From contig CAZDGV010000005.1 of NCBI GenBank assembly GCA_964505195.1, positions 17,749-81,748 of the forward strand: a DNA stretch of 64,000 bases, read 5' to 3'. The DNA is from an uncultured Chitinophagaceae bacterium (GTDB lineage Bacteria > Bacteroidota > Bacteroidia > Chitinophagales > Chitinophagaceae). Positions 9,146 through 19,401 of this stretch are shown here, one piece after another; within the stretch, counting starts at the first letter, position 1; the number at the start of each line of letters is the position of its first letter. A program made the translations under genes and the position numbers. Under the pieces are notes generated by a model, which saw only the letters and a list, made by a program, of their open reading frames with translations, was not told the DNA's origin and did not search any database.

Positions 9146-12100
9146 ATGAGCAAGAAATATTGGCAAAGTTTCGGAGAGCTGAATGATACCAAAGCTTATC
9201 AGGAAGAAGCGAATAATGAGTTTCGTGAAGAGCTTCCTTTTGAGCTAGAAGAAAAAGGCAATCAAACGCCCCGTCGTGACTTCTTGAAATATCTGGGCTT
9301 CAGCACTGCTGCTGCCACGCTGGCGGCCAGCTGTGAAATGCCCGTAAAGAAAGCCATTCCCTTTCTGAATAAGCCCGCCGATATTGTTCCCGGCGCAGCC
9401 AATTGGTATGCTACCAGTTTTGTACTGGATGGTGATGCCATTCCGGTGTTGGCGAAAGTAAGAGACGGTCGCCCCATCAAAATAGAAGGTAACGATATCG
9501 CCTATACGAAGGGCGGTACTTCTTCCCGTGTACAGGCATCTGTGCTGAGCTTGTACGATACTGCACGCATCCGCTTCCCCATGGAAAATGCGGGCGGTGC
9601 ACTGAAAGAAGCACCAACTTATGAGGCGGTTGATGCTAAAATCATAAACGCCCTTGCCGGTAATAACGGAAAGCAGGTCGTATTACTTACTTCCACCATT
9701 AATTCTCCCTCTTTACTTGCTGCAATCGATCTTTTCAAGGCTAAATACAATGCAAAGCATATAGTGTATGATGCAGTTTCATACAGCGGAATGTTGTTGG
9801 CCAACGAAGCAAGCTTCGGAAAGAAAGCCATTCCTACATACCATTTCGATCAAGCGGATGTGATTGTAAGTTTTGGCGCCGATTTCCTCGGTTCATGGCT
9901 CAATAGCGTCGAATATGCTAAGCAATATGCTGGTGGTCGTCGCATCAATGAGAAGAATCCGACGATGAATCGCCATATTCAGTTTGAAAGCATGTACAGC
10001 ATGACAGGTGCCAATGCCGATGAGCGTTATGTTCACCGCCCCAGCGAAATGAGTGCTGTATTATTAAATCTTTATGCAAAGTTGGGCGGTGCTGTGAATG
10101 CCCCTGCCATTGCCGATAAGCGCGTTGCAGATGGCATTGAGCAAACAGCCAAGGCGTTGCTTGCTGCATCAGGAAAAGCGCTGGTGGTTTGCGGAAGCAA
10201 TGATGTGAATGCGCAGATACTTGTAAATGCCATCAACGATAAAATCGGTGCCAACGGGAAAACGATCAACTGGGCACATCCGCTCCAGTTCCGCAAAGGC
10301 ATTGATGCTGAATTTGAACAACTTGTTGCTGATATGAAAGCAGGCAACGTAGGTGCCTTGTTGATACATGGTGCTAACCCTGCTTACACTTACCGCAACG
10401 CTGAAGCATTTATTGCCGGCCTTGAAAAAGTGAACCTCACGGTTTCCTTCAACGAGCGGGAAGATGAAACTACTGAGCGCTGCAAATTCGTATTACCCGA
10501 CCATCATTACCTTGAAAGCTGGGGTGATGCGGAAGGCAAAGCAGGATTCGTATCATTTGTACAGCCTACCATCCACCCGCTTTTCAAAACACGTGCTTTT
10601 GGTACATCACTTTTAAAGTGGAGTGGTAATGAGGCCGACTACGAAACCTATTTTAAAAACTACTGGACTTCTAAACTCGGAAGTCAGTCTGCATTCGATA
10701 AAGCACTGCAGGATGGCATACTCGAGCCCACCACACCTGCTGTAAGCGGAGCATCCTTTAACGGAGCTGCCCTTGGCGCTGCCATTCAAAAACTCAGCGC
10801 TGCTAAGAAAAACGCTAACACCGAACTGGTACTTTATCAAAAAGTTAGCATCGGCGATGGTAAGATGGCGAACAACCCTTGGCTACAGGAAGTGCCCGAT
10901 CCCATCACGCGTGCTTGCTGGGACAACTACGCCATGGTTTCGCCTGCAATGGCAAAATCTTGGGGTGTGGAAGCGAATGATACCTATGAGGTAAATCCTA
11001 AGAAACCCGTTATCAGTATTAAGGCCAATGGCAAAGAAGTGAAACTTCCGCTGTTGATTATTCCCGGCATGCAAGCCAATACTATTGCAGTAGCAGTAGG
11101 ATATGGTCGCAGTGAAAAAGTTGGCCGTGCTGCGAAAGGAGTAGGACAAAATGTATATCCTTTAGCCGGCTTCAACGGCACCGTAGAGTATAGTGCTGTA
11201 GATGTAGTGGCTGCGAAAACAGAAGAACTGTTTCCGATCGCACAAATGCAAACACATAACCGCTATGAAGGTCGTGTGGAAGTGGTGAAAGAAACCAGTC
11301 TTGATAAGTTTATCAAAGACAGAGAAATTTTTGTAAAAGAGCGGGAAGAGCATTTGAAGTCTTATGGAGGCGTGAAAGATTTCGAAAAAGAAGGCACGCT
11401 ATATCCCGTATTTGATAAGCCCGGCATTAAGTGGGGCATGAGCATCGACCTGAACACCTGTACCGGCTGTCACGCTTGCGTGGTGGCATGTAATGCCGAG
11501 AACAACGTATCGGTGGTAGGTAAAAAGCAGGTGATGAAATATCACGATATGCATTGGTTGCGTATCGATCGCTATTTCAGCGGTGATCCTGAAAATCCGG
11601 ATGTGGTTTTCCAGCCCATGCTTTGTCAGCATTGCGACAACGCACCTTGCGAAAACGTTTGTCCGGTTGCAGCTACCAACCATAGCTCTGAAGGGTTAAA
11701 CCAAATGACGTATAACCGTTGTATTGGTACGCGTTACTGCGCCAATAACTGTCCTTATAAAGTACGCCGCTTCAACTGGGCCGACTGGAACGGAAGCGAC
11801 AGCTTCAAAAACAACCAGAAGCCGCTTGTGGAAGAAGGCTGGATGGATGAAGTAGTGCTCGATATGAACGAGGACCTTACCCGTATGGTGCTCAACCCTG
11901 ATGTTACTGTTCGCAGTCGCGGTGTAATTGAGAAATGTTCTTTCTGCGTTCAGCGCTTACAGGAAGCTAAGCTAACTGCCAAGAAAGAGAGCCGCCCGAT
12001 GGTTGACAGCGACATCAAAACTGCTTGTCAGCAGGCTTGTCCTTCAGGCGCCATTGTATTCGGAAATGTAAACGATAAAGAAAGCCATATACATCAACTG

Positions 12101-12268
12101 CGTACGGAAGAAGCGAAGAATCGCACTTTCTATGCGTTAGAGCATTTGCATGTGTTGCCCAACGTTGGCTACCTGGCGAAGGTTAGAAATACCGATCGCA
12201 AGGTAGGAGATGAGCCGCATGGCGGCGCACATCACGAGGCGCATGAAACAACTGCAGCAACGCACTAA
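9146..12268 (+). CDS. actB: Alternative complex III subunit ActB (Tat-targeted molybdopterin-oxidoreductase-like domain fused to a 4Fe-4S ferredoxin domain)
   Basis: 1040 aa. Twin-arginine motif RRDFLKYLGFSTAAA. The C-terminal half has Cys clusters CTGCHACVVACNAENN, CQHCDNAPCENVCP, CIGTRYCANNCPYKV and CSFCVQRL...CQQACPSGA. Confidence 0.9.
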   Translation: MSKKYWQSFGELNDTKAYQEEANNEFREELPFELEEKGNQTPRRDFLKYLGFSTAAATLAASCEMPVKKAIPFLNKPADIVPGAANWYATSFVLDGDAIPVLAKVRDGRPIKIEGNDIAYTKGGTSSRVQASVLSLYDTARIRFPMENAGGALKEAPTYEAVDAKIINALAGNNGKQVVLLTSTINSPSLLAAIDLFKAKYNAKHIVYDAVSYSGMLLANEASFGKKAIPTYHFDQADVIVSFGADFLGSWLNSVEYAKQYAGGRRINEKNPTMNRHIQFESMYSMTGANADERYVHRPSEMSAVLLNLYAKLGGAVNAPAIADKRVADGIEQTAKALLAASGKALVVCGSNDVNAQILVNAINDKIGANGKTINWAHPLQFRKGIDAEFEQLVADMKAGNVGALLIHGANPAYTYRNAEAFIAGLEKVNLTVSFNEREDETTERCKFVLPDHHYLESWGDAEGKAGFVSFVQPTIHPLFKTRAFGTSLLKWSGNEADYETYFKNYWTSKLGSQSAFDKALQDGILEPTTPAVSGASFNGAALGAAIQKLSAAKKNANTELVLYQKVSIGDGKMANNPWLQEVPDPITRACWDNYAMVSPAMAKSWGVEANDTYEVNPKKPVISIKANGKEVKLPLLIIPGMQANTIAVAVGYGRSEKVGRAAKGVGQNVYPLAGFNGTVEYSAVDVVAAKTEELFPIAQMQTHNRYEGRVEVVKETSLDKFIKDREIFVKEREEHLKSYGGVKDFEKEGTLYPVFDKPGIKWGMSIDLNTCTGCHACVVACNAENNVSVVGKKQVMKYHDMHWLRIDRYFSGDPENPDVVFQPMLCQHCDNAPCENVCPVAATNHSSEGLNQMTYNRCIGTRYCANNCPYKVRRFNWADWNGSDSFKNNQKPLVEEGWMDEVVLDMNEDLTRMVLNPDVTVRSRGVIEKCSFCVQRLQEAKLTAKKESRPMVDSDIKTACQQACPSGAIVFGNVNDKESHIHQLRTEEAKNRTFYALEHLHVLPNVGYLAKVRNTDRKVGDEPHGGAHHEAHETTAATH

Positions 12269-12356
12269 GCAGTAAATATGTTTTTCAACCGAACGAAACA
12301 AACAACATCAAACAAAACTTGCAGTCGCACACTGAAAGTTCAAAGCACAGAATAGT

Positions 12357-13799
12357 ATGTCATTATTAAAGTACGAATCACAGATCAGGGAACCACTGGT
12401 GGATGGATCAAAAACCTACGCCGATGTAACGGCCGACATCTGCAGACCCGTAGAAACCAAACCCACACGCATGTGGTGGATTGGATTTTTAATATCTGCA
12501 TCGCTGCTGCTCTTCGGTGTGTACAGTGTTTATCGTGAAGTGACTTATGGTATTGGTCAGTGGAACCTGAACAAAACTATCGGATGGGGTTGGGATATCA
12601 CCAACTTCGTATGGTGGGTAGGGATTGGTCACGCGGGAACCCTTATCTCTGCGATTCTCTTGCTTTTCCGCCAGGGCTGGCGTACAGGTGTAAACCGTGC
12701 TGCAGAAGCCATGACTATTTTCGCGGTTATGTGTGCCGGTCAGTTTCCGGTATGGCATATGGGTCGTGTATGGATGGCGTTTTTTGTATTGCCTTATCCC
12801 AACACGCGCGGACCTTTGTGGGTAAACTTCAACTCTCCCCTGCTTTGGGATGTATTCGCCATCTCTACTTATTTCACGGTATCGCTTCTGTTCTGGTATA
12901 GTGGTCTGATTCCTGATATGGCTACGCTGCGCGATCGCGCCAAAGAAAAATGGGCAAAGGCATTTTACGGCGTTGCTTCTTTCGGTTGGACAGGCTCGAC
13001 CAAACACTGGCAGCGTCATGAATCACTTTCTCTGGTGCTTGCGGGCTTAAGTACGCCGCTGGTACTTTCAGTACACACCATCGTATCGTTCGACTTTGCC
13101 ACTTCCGTTATTCCGGGCTGGCATACCACCATCTTCCCTCCTTACTTCGTTGCAGGTGCGATCTTCTCTGGCTTTGCTATGGTGCAAACGCTGATGCTGA
13201 TTACACGTAAGGTGATGCAGCTGGAAGATTATATCACATTATCACATATTGAAAATATGAACAAGGTGATTGTGCTCACCGGTTCCATCGTGGGTTGCGC
13301 CTATATTACCGAATTGTTCATGGCATGGTATGGCGCCAACCAATATGAATATGCAGCTTTTTACAAGTTTCGTATTGCAGGTCCTTATGGCTGGAGCTAC
13401 TGGCTGATGATGACCTGTAACGTAATTTCTCCACAGCTGTTCTGGTTTAAGAAGCTGCGCAGAAATATCGCATTTACGTTTATCATGAGCGTTGTGGTAA
13501 ATATTGGTATGTGGTTTGAGCGTTTTGTAATCATTGTTACTTCGCTGTACCGCGACTATCTCCCATCATCATGGAGTACATATTACACTCCTTCTATTTG
13601 GGAGATTGGTTTCTACCTCGGTTCTTTCGGATTGTTCTTCACCTGCTATTTCCTCTTCTCTAAATATTTCCCTGTAATTGCCATTGCTGAAATCAAACAT
13701 GTACTCAAGCGTTCAGGGGAAAGCTATAAGGAGCAAATGGGAAATATTGAAGAAGAGAGTCTAGAGAAGTTTGTAGAAAAATCGCATCACGCACACTAA
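12357..13799 (+). CDS. actC: Alternative complex III subunit ActC (NrfD/PsrC-like polytopic quinol-interacting membrane subunit)
   Basis: 480 aa polytopic membrane protein. Both its position after ActB and NrfD-like segments (WGWDITNFVWWVGIGHAGTLISAILL) fit ActC. Confidence 0.85.
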   Translation: MSLLKYESQIREPLVDGSKTYADVTADICRPVETKPTRMWWIGFLISASLLLFGVYSVYREVTYGIGQWNLNKTIGWGWDITNFVWWVGIGHAGTLISAILLLFRQGWRTGVNRAAEAMTIFAVMCAGQFPVWHMGRVWMAFFVLPYPNTRGPLWVNFNSPLLWDVFAISTYFTVSLLFWYSGLIPDMATLRDRAKEKWAKAFYGVASFGWTGSTKHWQRHESLSLVLAGLSTPLVLSVHTIVSFDFATSVIPGWHTTIFPPYFVAGAIFSGFAMVQTLMLITRKVMQLEDYITLSHIENMNKVIVLTGSIVGCAYITELFMAWYGANQYEYAAFYKFRIAGPYGWSYWLMMTCNVISPQLFWFKKLRRNIAFTFIMSVVVNIGMWFERFVIIVTSLYRDYLPSSWSTYYTPSIWEIGFYLGSFGLFFTCYFLFSKYFPVIAIAEIKHVLKRSGESYKEQMGNIEEESLEKFVEKSHHAH

Positions 13800-13828
13800 A
13801 CGCATTTAAGAACTCTGAAAACGAAGAT

Positions 13829-14422
13829 ATGTCAGTAAAAAAATTTGTAGTCGGCAGTTTTGATGAAGAAAAAGTGCTGTTCCCTGCAGTAAAGCAAGTG
13901 CGCAAGGCGGGGTATAAAATTCACGATGTTTACACGCCTTTTCCGATTCATGGACTCGACAAGGTGATGGGGTTGCGTGATACCAGCTTGCATACAGCAG
14001 GTTTTATTTATGGAATCACCGGCACTACAACAGCGCTTAGCTTTATGAGCTGGGTATTCACTAAAGACTGGCCTTTGAATATTGGCGGTAAACCCTATTT
14101 ACCATTGCCCGCATTCATTCCCATTGCTTTTGAATTGACAGTACTTTTTGCTGCGGTAGGTATGGTGCTTACTTTCTGCTACCTCTGCCAGCTTGCGCCT
14201 TTTGTTAAGAAGCATCATTTTAGTTTGCGTGCAACCGACGACCTGATGGTGATGGCCATTGAAGTGACTTCTAAAACCAATGTAGAAGAAGCCAAAGCAT
14301 TTTTGTCTGCCCAGGGTGCTTCTGATGTGCATGTGCAGGAAGCAGAAACCGGCTGGTGGTTGGGCAGATACGACAAAGCCAGCAAATTGTATCAAGAAAA
14401 AAACGAAACTGTAATCGGATAA
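13829..14422 (+). CDS. actD: Alternative complex III subunit ActD (DUF3341-type)
   Basis: 197 aa. The N-terminal soluble segment GSFDEEKVLFPAVKQVRKAGYKIHDVYTPFPIHGLD followed by two TM helices is the typical ActD layout. Operon position also fits. Confidence 0.8.
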   Translation: MSVKKFVVGSFDEEKVLFPAVKQVRKAGYKIHDVYTPFPIHGLDKVMGLRDTSLHTAGFIYGITGTTTALSFMSWVFTKDWPLNIGGKPYLPLPAFIPIAFELTVLFAAVGMVLTFCYLCQLAPFVKKHHFSLRATDDLMVMAIEVTSKTNVEEAKAFLSAQGASDVHVQEAETGWWLGRYDKASKLYQEKNETVIG

Positions 14423-14432
14423 TTGAAACCAG

Positions 14433-15083
14433 ATGCGTAACCAACAAATTGTATTCAAGGTGTTTACTGCAGTAGTGCTTGCTGGCATGATTTCATGCAG
14501 CAGTGAAGTGCGCCGTACGCCCGGAAAAATTTATGTACCCGATATGGCCTATAGCCGTGCTGTAGAAACCTATGCGGATCACAGCTATTTAAAAGATCAG
14601 GGTATTCGTTATGATGCAACACCTGTAGCAGGAACAGTGAAGCGTGGTGGCATGGCACAGTTTCCGCTTTCTATGGATAAGCCCGGCGACACCGTAAATT
14701 ATTTTGCATCACGCCAGATTGAGAACCCTGTTACGTCGCTTAATGAAAAACAACTGACCGAAGCAGCTCGCCTGTATAATATTAACTGCGGTATCTGCCA
14801 CGGTGAAAAGCTCGATGGTAACGGACCGATTTACAAAGGCGGCGAAGGTCCTTATCCCGCAAAGCCGGCTACCTTGGTAGGTGATGCAAAATATGAAAGC
14901 ATGCCTGCAGGACAAATGATGTATTCATTAACCTATGGTAAAAACCTGATGGGAAGCTATGCTTCACAATTGAGTACCGAGCAGCGCTGGATGATTATTC
15001 ATTACATAAAAGTTAAGCAAGGTAAAATTCAACCGCCGGCAGACAATGTTGCTGCTGATGCTGTTGCCAGCACTGAAAAATAA
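14433..15083 (+). CDS. actE: Alternative complex III subunit ActE (monohaem cytochrome c, probable lipoprotein)
   Basis: 216 aa. Single CGICH motif. N-terminal VLAGMISCSS is lipobox-like. Operon position fits. Confidence 0.8.
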   Translation: MRNQQIVFKVFTAVVLAGMISCSSEVRRTPGKIYVPDMAYSRAVETYADHSYLKDQGIRYDATPVAGTVKRGGMAQFPLSMDKPGDTVNYFASRQIENPVTSLNEKQLTEAARLYNINCGICHGEKLDGNGPIYKGGEGPYPAKPATLVGDAKYESMPAGQMMYSLTYGKNLMGSYASQLSTEQRWMIIHYIKVKQGKIQPPADNVAADAVASTEK

Positions 15084-15112
15084 TTTACAAACACAGAATA
15101 AAAGATATAGCG

Positions 15113-16396
15113 ATGCAACTGAAAGAAACATTTGAAGCGCCCTCGGGAATGAAAAAGTGGTCGTATGGACTGATGGGCGTTGGTTTGCTCACCCTGGTGC
15201 TTGGAATTATTTTCCTGCATCCTTTTGCAGCTCATCATGGAGGCAGCGAAACAGATCCTGCATCATATGGTGCAACCAAATTTTGGATGGCACTCATGCA
15301 CAATGGTATTTATTTCTTTCTCATTACGGTTGCCAGCTTCTTCTTTGTTTCGGTTACCACCCTGGCACAGGGCGGATGGCAGCAATCGTTCCGCAGGGTG
15401 CCTGAGGCCATTTCCGGCTTTATGAATATTGGCGGACCAATCGTATTGATTATTTTACTCGGTTATGTGTGGCTTTCGCCCGATCATTATATTTATCATT
15501 GGAAAGATGCAGAGCATGTAAAGCATGATCCAATCTTGAATTGGAAAGCGGGATTCCTGAATCCTACCATGTACACTTTGTTTTCTGTAGTTTCAGTGGC
15601 TGGTTTCTGGTTCTTCCGATATCTGTTCCGCAAAAACTCTATTGCAGAAGATATGGCTCAGCGTGGAGATCAGCGCTTTTACTGGAAGTCGATCATTATT
15701 GTAGCGGCTTTTCTGGTATTGTATGGTCTTACTGTAATGTCAACCCTTCCCTGGCAGTGGCTCATGAGCATTGATGCACACTGGTATTCTACTATGTACA
15801 GCTGGTACACTTTTGCAAGCAGCTGGGTGGCCGGTATCTCACTCATGTTGCTGTTCATTGTATTTCTGAAAAACCACGGCTACCTTGAACTGGTAAACGA
15901 GGAGCATATTCATGATATCGGAAAATTCATGTTTGCATTCTCTGTTTTTTGGACTTACCTCTGGTTTTCACAGTACATGCTTATCTGGTATTCCAACCAG
16001 CCGGAGGAAACAGAATATTTCATCGATCGTATTGGCGCCGGCGGTAAAGGCGGTGCTTTCAAAGCAATTTTTTTGCTAAACATTATTATCAATTTCCTTG
16101 CTCCTTTGTTGATACTCATGCGTCGTAGTTCGAAAAGAAATTATACAACCATCACACTGATGGCGGTAATCATCATTTTCGGACACTGGCTTGATTTTTA
16201 TCAGATGATCACTCCTGGTCCGCTGAAAAAGCTGGGTCAGGAAGCTAACTCCTTCAGCCATTTCCTGTTTAGTCTTGGCATCGCAGCCGGGTTTTTAGGA
16301 TTGGTTATTTGGAGTACGGCAAAATACCTGGGTAAAGCGTCGTTGGTTCCAAAGAACCACCCGCTGATCAAGGAAAGTGTGATTCATCATACATAA
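15113..16396 (+). CDS. actF: Alternative complex III subunit ActF (second NrfD-like membrane subunit)
   Basis: 427 aa polytopic membrane protein immediately after actE. This is the usual position of the quinol:cytochrome c oxidoreductase quinone-binding subunit 2. Confidence 0.75.
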   Translation: MQLKETFEAPSGMKKWSYGLMGVGLLTLVLGIIFLHPFAAHHGGSETDPASYGATKFWMALMHNGIYFFLITVASFFFVSVTTLAQGGWQQSFRRVPEAISGFMNIGGPIVLIILLGYVWLSPDHYIYHWKDAEHVKHDPILNWKAGFLNPTMYTLFSVVSVAGFWFFRYLFRKNSIAEDMAQRGDQRFYWKSIIIVAAFLVLYGLTVMSTLPWQWLMSIDAHWYSTMYSWYTFASSWVAGISLMLLFIVFLKNHGYLELVNEEHIHDIGKFMFAFSVFWTYLWFSQYMLIWYSNQPEETEYFIDRIGAGGKGGAFKAIFLLNIIINFLAPLLILMRRSSKRNYTTITLMAVIIIFGHWLDFYQMITPGPLKKLGQEANSFSHFLFSLGIAAGFLGLVIWSTAKYLGKASLVPKNHPLIKESVIHHT

Positions 16397-16452
16397 GAGC
16401 AATAAGAAAAGAGAAAACTTAAGAGACAGAAACGATAAATACAAAAGTTGGT

Positions 16453-17517
16453 ATGACAACAACTACCTATTTAGTAATTGCAGCCGCCATTTTGGTGTTT
16501 GTGGTAATTTTTCAAATTGCCAAAGCCAGTGAATATGTAAGTGTGCTGAAAGGAGAGGATCAGGCAAGAAAGCAGTCCAATAAAATCAATGCTGCCCTCT
16601 TGCTGGGCTTCATGATCTTTGGACTTATTGGAGTATGGTATTGCAATAAAATTCTTTTTAAGCAAACCTTATTTCCGCAGGGTTCCGCTTCTGTAGAAGG
16701 CGAAAAGATCGATGAGATGCTTTGGATGACCATTGCTGTTACCGGTGTAGTATTCATTATTACACAGGTGCTGCTGTTTTATTTCGCCTGGAAGTATCAG
16801 GAAAAAGAAGGACGTACATCTTACTATTTCCCGCACAATAATAAGCTGGAAGTAATTTGGACAGTTGTACCAGCCATCGCACTTACTGTATTGGTGGTAT
16901 ACGGACTTAAATTTTGGTTTCAGATTACAGCCGATGCTCCCAAAGGTGCTATGACGGTTGAAATTGTGGGCAAGCAGTTCGGTTGGATTATGCGCTATCC
17001 GGGTAAAGACGGTAAGTTTGGAAAGACCTATTTCAGAAATATCAACGACGAGCAAAATAATTCTTTGGGTCAGATCTGGGATGATCAGGCCAATTTCGAT
17101 GATGTCGTAACTACTCAAACTATGTATATCGTGAAAGGTCGTCCGGTAAAACTCATCATCGGCAGCCGCGATGTAATTCACGATGTGGGTTTGTCGCATT
17201 TCCGAATGAAAATGGATGCTGTTCCCGGTATTCCCACTACGCTCTGGTTTACGCCTAAGTACACTACTAAAGAAATGAAACAGCGTACAGGAAACCCAGA
17301 TTTTCTTTATGAAATTTCATGCGATCAGATGTGCGGAAACGGACATTATTCCATGAAGGGAATTATTGAAGTAGTAACACAGGAAGAATTTGATTTGTGG
17401 ATGGCCAAGCAAAAGCCAAATTATTACGTGGCATTCCCCGACAAAGATCCTTCCACCCAACCGGCGGTGCCTGCTGCAGATACAACGCAGCGCGCCATCG
17501 CATCGGCTAAATTTTAA
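16453..17517 (+). CDS. Cytochrome c oxidase subunit II (CuA subunit, no fused cytochrome c domain)
   Basis: 354 aa with two N-terminal TM helices. CuA ligand pattern HDV...CDQMCGNGHYSM. No CxxCH anywhere in the protein. Confidence 0.9.
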   Translation: MTTTTYLVIAAAILVFVVIFQIAKASEYVSVLKGEDQARKQSNKINAALLLGFMIFGLIGVWYCNKILFKQTLFPQGSASVEGEKIDEMLWMTIAVTGVVFIITQVLLFYFAWKYQEKEGRTSYYFPHNNKLEVIWTVVPAIALTVLVVYGLKFWFQITADAPKGAMTVEIVGKQFGWIMRYPGKDGKFGKTYFRNINDEQNNSLGQIWDDQANFDDVVTTQTMYIVKGRPVKLIIGSRDVIHDVGLSHFRMKMDAVPGIPTTLWFTPKYTTKEMKQRTGNPDFLYEISCDQMCGNGHYSMKGIIEVVTQEEFDLWMAKQKPNYYVAFPDKDPSTQPAVPAADTTQRAIASAKF

Positions 17518-17558
17518 ACAGACTATCTTGTCAATATAAAGCGCACAAAGACAAAAGT

Positions 17559-19376
17559 ATGAGTAGCGAAGCAACAAATGTACAGGCAACGTCAGTAGCT
17601 CTTCCGCATGAAACACATCAGGAAGCAGCGCATCATGGTCATCACCATGAAACCTTTATTTCCAAGTACATCTTCAGTCAGGATCACAAAATGATCGGTA
17701 AGCAGTTTTTGATTACCGGTATGTTTTGGGCTTTACTGGGTGGCTTCTTTTCAGTGATCTTCCGTTTGCAACTCGGTTTTCCCGATGCGCGTTTCCCCTG
17801 GATGGAAGAGTTGCTGGGACAGTGGGCTAAAGGCGGTCAGCTTCAGCCAGAAGCATACTATGCGCTGGTTACCATGCACGGTACCGTGTTGGTATTTTTT
17901 GTTCTTACAGCAGGCTTGAGCGGAACCTTTTCCAATATTCTCATTCCACTGCAGGTGGGTGCAAGAGATATGGCTTCGCCATTTATGAATATGCTTTCCT
18001 ACTGGTTCTTCTTCACTGCCAGTATTGTAATGATTTCATCCATATTTGTGCAAACAGGTCCTTTTAGTGGTGGCTGGACGGCATACCCTCCGCTTAGTGC
18101 ACTTGGCGATGCATCGCCCGGTTCAAAAGTAGGTATGGATCTATGGCTGATTTCCATGGCGCTGTTCGTGGTTTCTTCTTTGTTAGGAGGCCTGAATTAC
18201 ATTGCTACCGTACTTAACATGCGTACCAAGGGTATGACGATGACACGTTTGCCACTTACCATTTGGGCGTTTTTCTTTACTGCCGTGTTGGGAGTACTTT
18301 CCTTCCCGGTACTTTTCTCAGGATTCATCCTGCTGATTTTCGATCGTCATTTTGGAACCAGCTTTTACTTGAGCGACATATTTATTAACGGACAGGCCTT
18401 GCCGAATGAAGGCGGTAGTGCTATTTTGTATCAGCACCTCTTCTGGTTCTTAGGCCACCCCGAAGTATATATCATTCTGTTGCCTGCAATGGGAATGGTT
18501 TCGGAAATTTTATCTGTAAACAGTCGCAAGCCCATTTTCGGATATATGGCCATGGTGGGTTCTTTGTTTGCTATTGCTATACTGGCCTTCTTGGTATGGG
18601 CACACCATATGTTTGTAACCGGACTCAATCCTTTCTTAGGTGCTTTCTTCGTGTTACTCACATTGTTGATTGCGGTACCCTCTGCTATTAAAGTGTTTAA
18701 CTGGATAACTACTATATGGAAGGGCAACCTGCGCTTTACACCGGGAATGCTTTTTGCACTCGGCTTTGTGAGTTTGTTTATCTCAGGTGGTTTAACAGGG
18801 ATCTTCCTTGGGAACTCAGCACTTGATATTCACCTGCACGATACCTACTTTGTAATTGCACACTTCCATATTGTAATGGGTGTTGCTTCCATGTTCGGCA
18901 TGTTTGCAGGCATCTATCATTGGTTCCCCAAAATGTATGGTCGCTACTTGAACAACACGCTTGGTTATATTCACTTTTGGGCAACCATCATTGGTGCGTA
19001 CCTGATTTTCTGGCCCATGCACTACGAAGGGTTAGCGGGTATGCCACGCCGTTATTACAAATTTGATATTTGGGAATCGTTCAAGCAATTCGGCGAGTTG
19101 AATGTATTCATAAGCGTAGTATCGATCATCGTGTTTTTGGTGCAAATCCTTTTCTTGATCAACTTCTTCTACAGCATTTTCAAGGGTAGAAAAGTTACCA
19201 ATCCTAATCCATGGGGCGCTAATACACTTGAGTGGACAACCCCCATCAATCCGGGTCATGGTAATTGGGAAGGTGAAATTCCAGAGGTATATCGCTGGGC
19301 GTATGATTATGGTAAGGATGGAAAAGAGTACATTCCTCAAACCACGCCTGTAAGTGCTGACGAAAGCAAGCACTAA
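17559..19376 (+). CDS. Cytochrome c oxidase subunit I (haem-copper oxidase catalytic subunit)
   Basis: 605 aa. Canonical segments WFLGHPEVYIILLPAMG and HHMFVTG... with haem/CuB histidines. At least 12 TM helices. Confidence 0.95.
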   Translation: MSSEATNVQATSVALPHETHQEAAHHGHHHETFISKYIFSQDHKMIGKQFLITGMFWALLGGFFSVIFRLQLGFPDARFPWMEELLGQWAKGGQLQPEAYYALVTMHGTVLVFFVLTAGLSGTFSNILIPLQVGARDMASPFMNMLSYWFFFTASIVMISSIFVQTGPFSGGWTAYPPLSALGDASPGSKVGMDLWLISMALFVVSSLLGGLNYIATVLNMRTKGMTMTRLPLTIWAFFFTAVLGVLSFPVLFSGFILLIFDRHFGTSFYLSDIFINGQALPNEGGSAILYQHLFWFLGHPEVYIILLPAMGMVSEILSVNSRKPIFGYMAMVGSLFAIAILAFLVWAHHMFVTGLNPFLGAFFVLLTLLIAVPSAIKVFNWITTIWKGNLRFTPGMLFALGFVSLFISGGLTGIFLGNSALDIHLHDTYFVIAHFHIVMGVASMFGMFAGIYHWFPKMYGRYLNNTLGYIHFWATIIGAYLIFWPMHYEGLAGMPRRYYKFDIWESFKQFGELNVFISVVSIIVFLVQILFLINFFYSIFKGRKVTNPNPWGANTLEWTTPINPGHGNWEGEIPEVYRWAYDYGKDGKEYIPQTTPVSADESKH

Positions 19377-19401
19377 ACAGTGTTAAGAGGATTAAAGCAA
19401 G

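Noticed and set aside
12489-13019. 176-aa antisense ORF inside actC. Similar long antisense ORFs occur at 16669-17199 (oxidase II), 46800-47324 and 47340-47996 (pckG), 38979-39515 (VIT1 region), 40244-40681 (GMC) and 58794-59291 (pepF).
   Set aside because: Each is fully embedded opposite a gene with strong family motifs. None shows a recognisable domain, signal or conserved-looking pattern.
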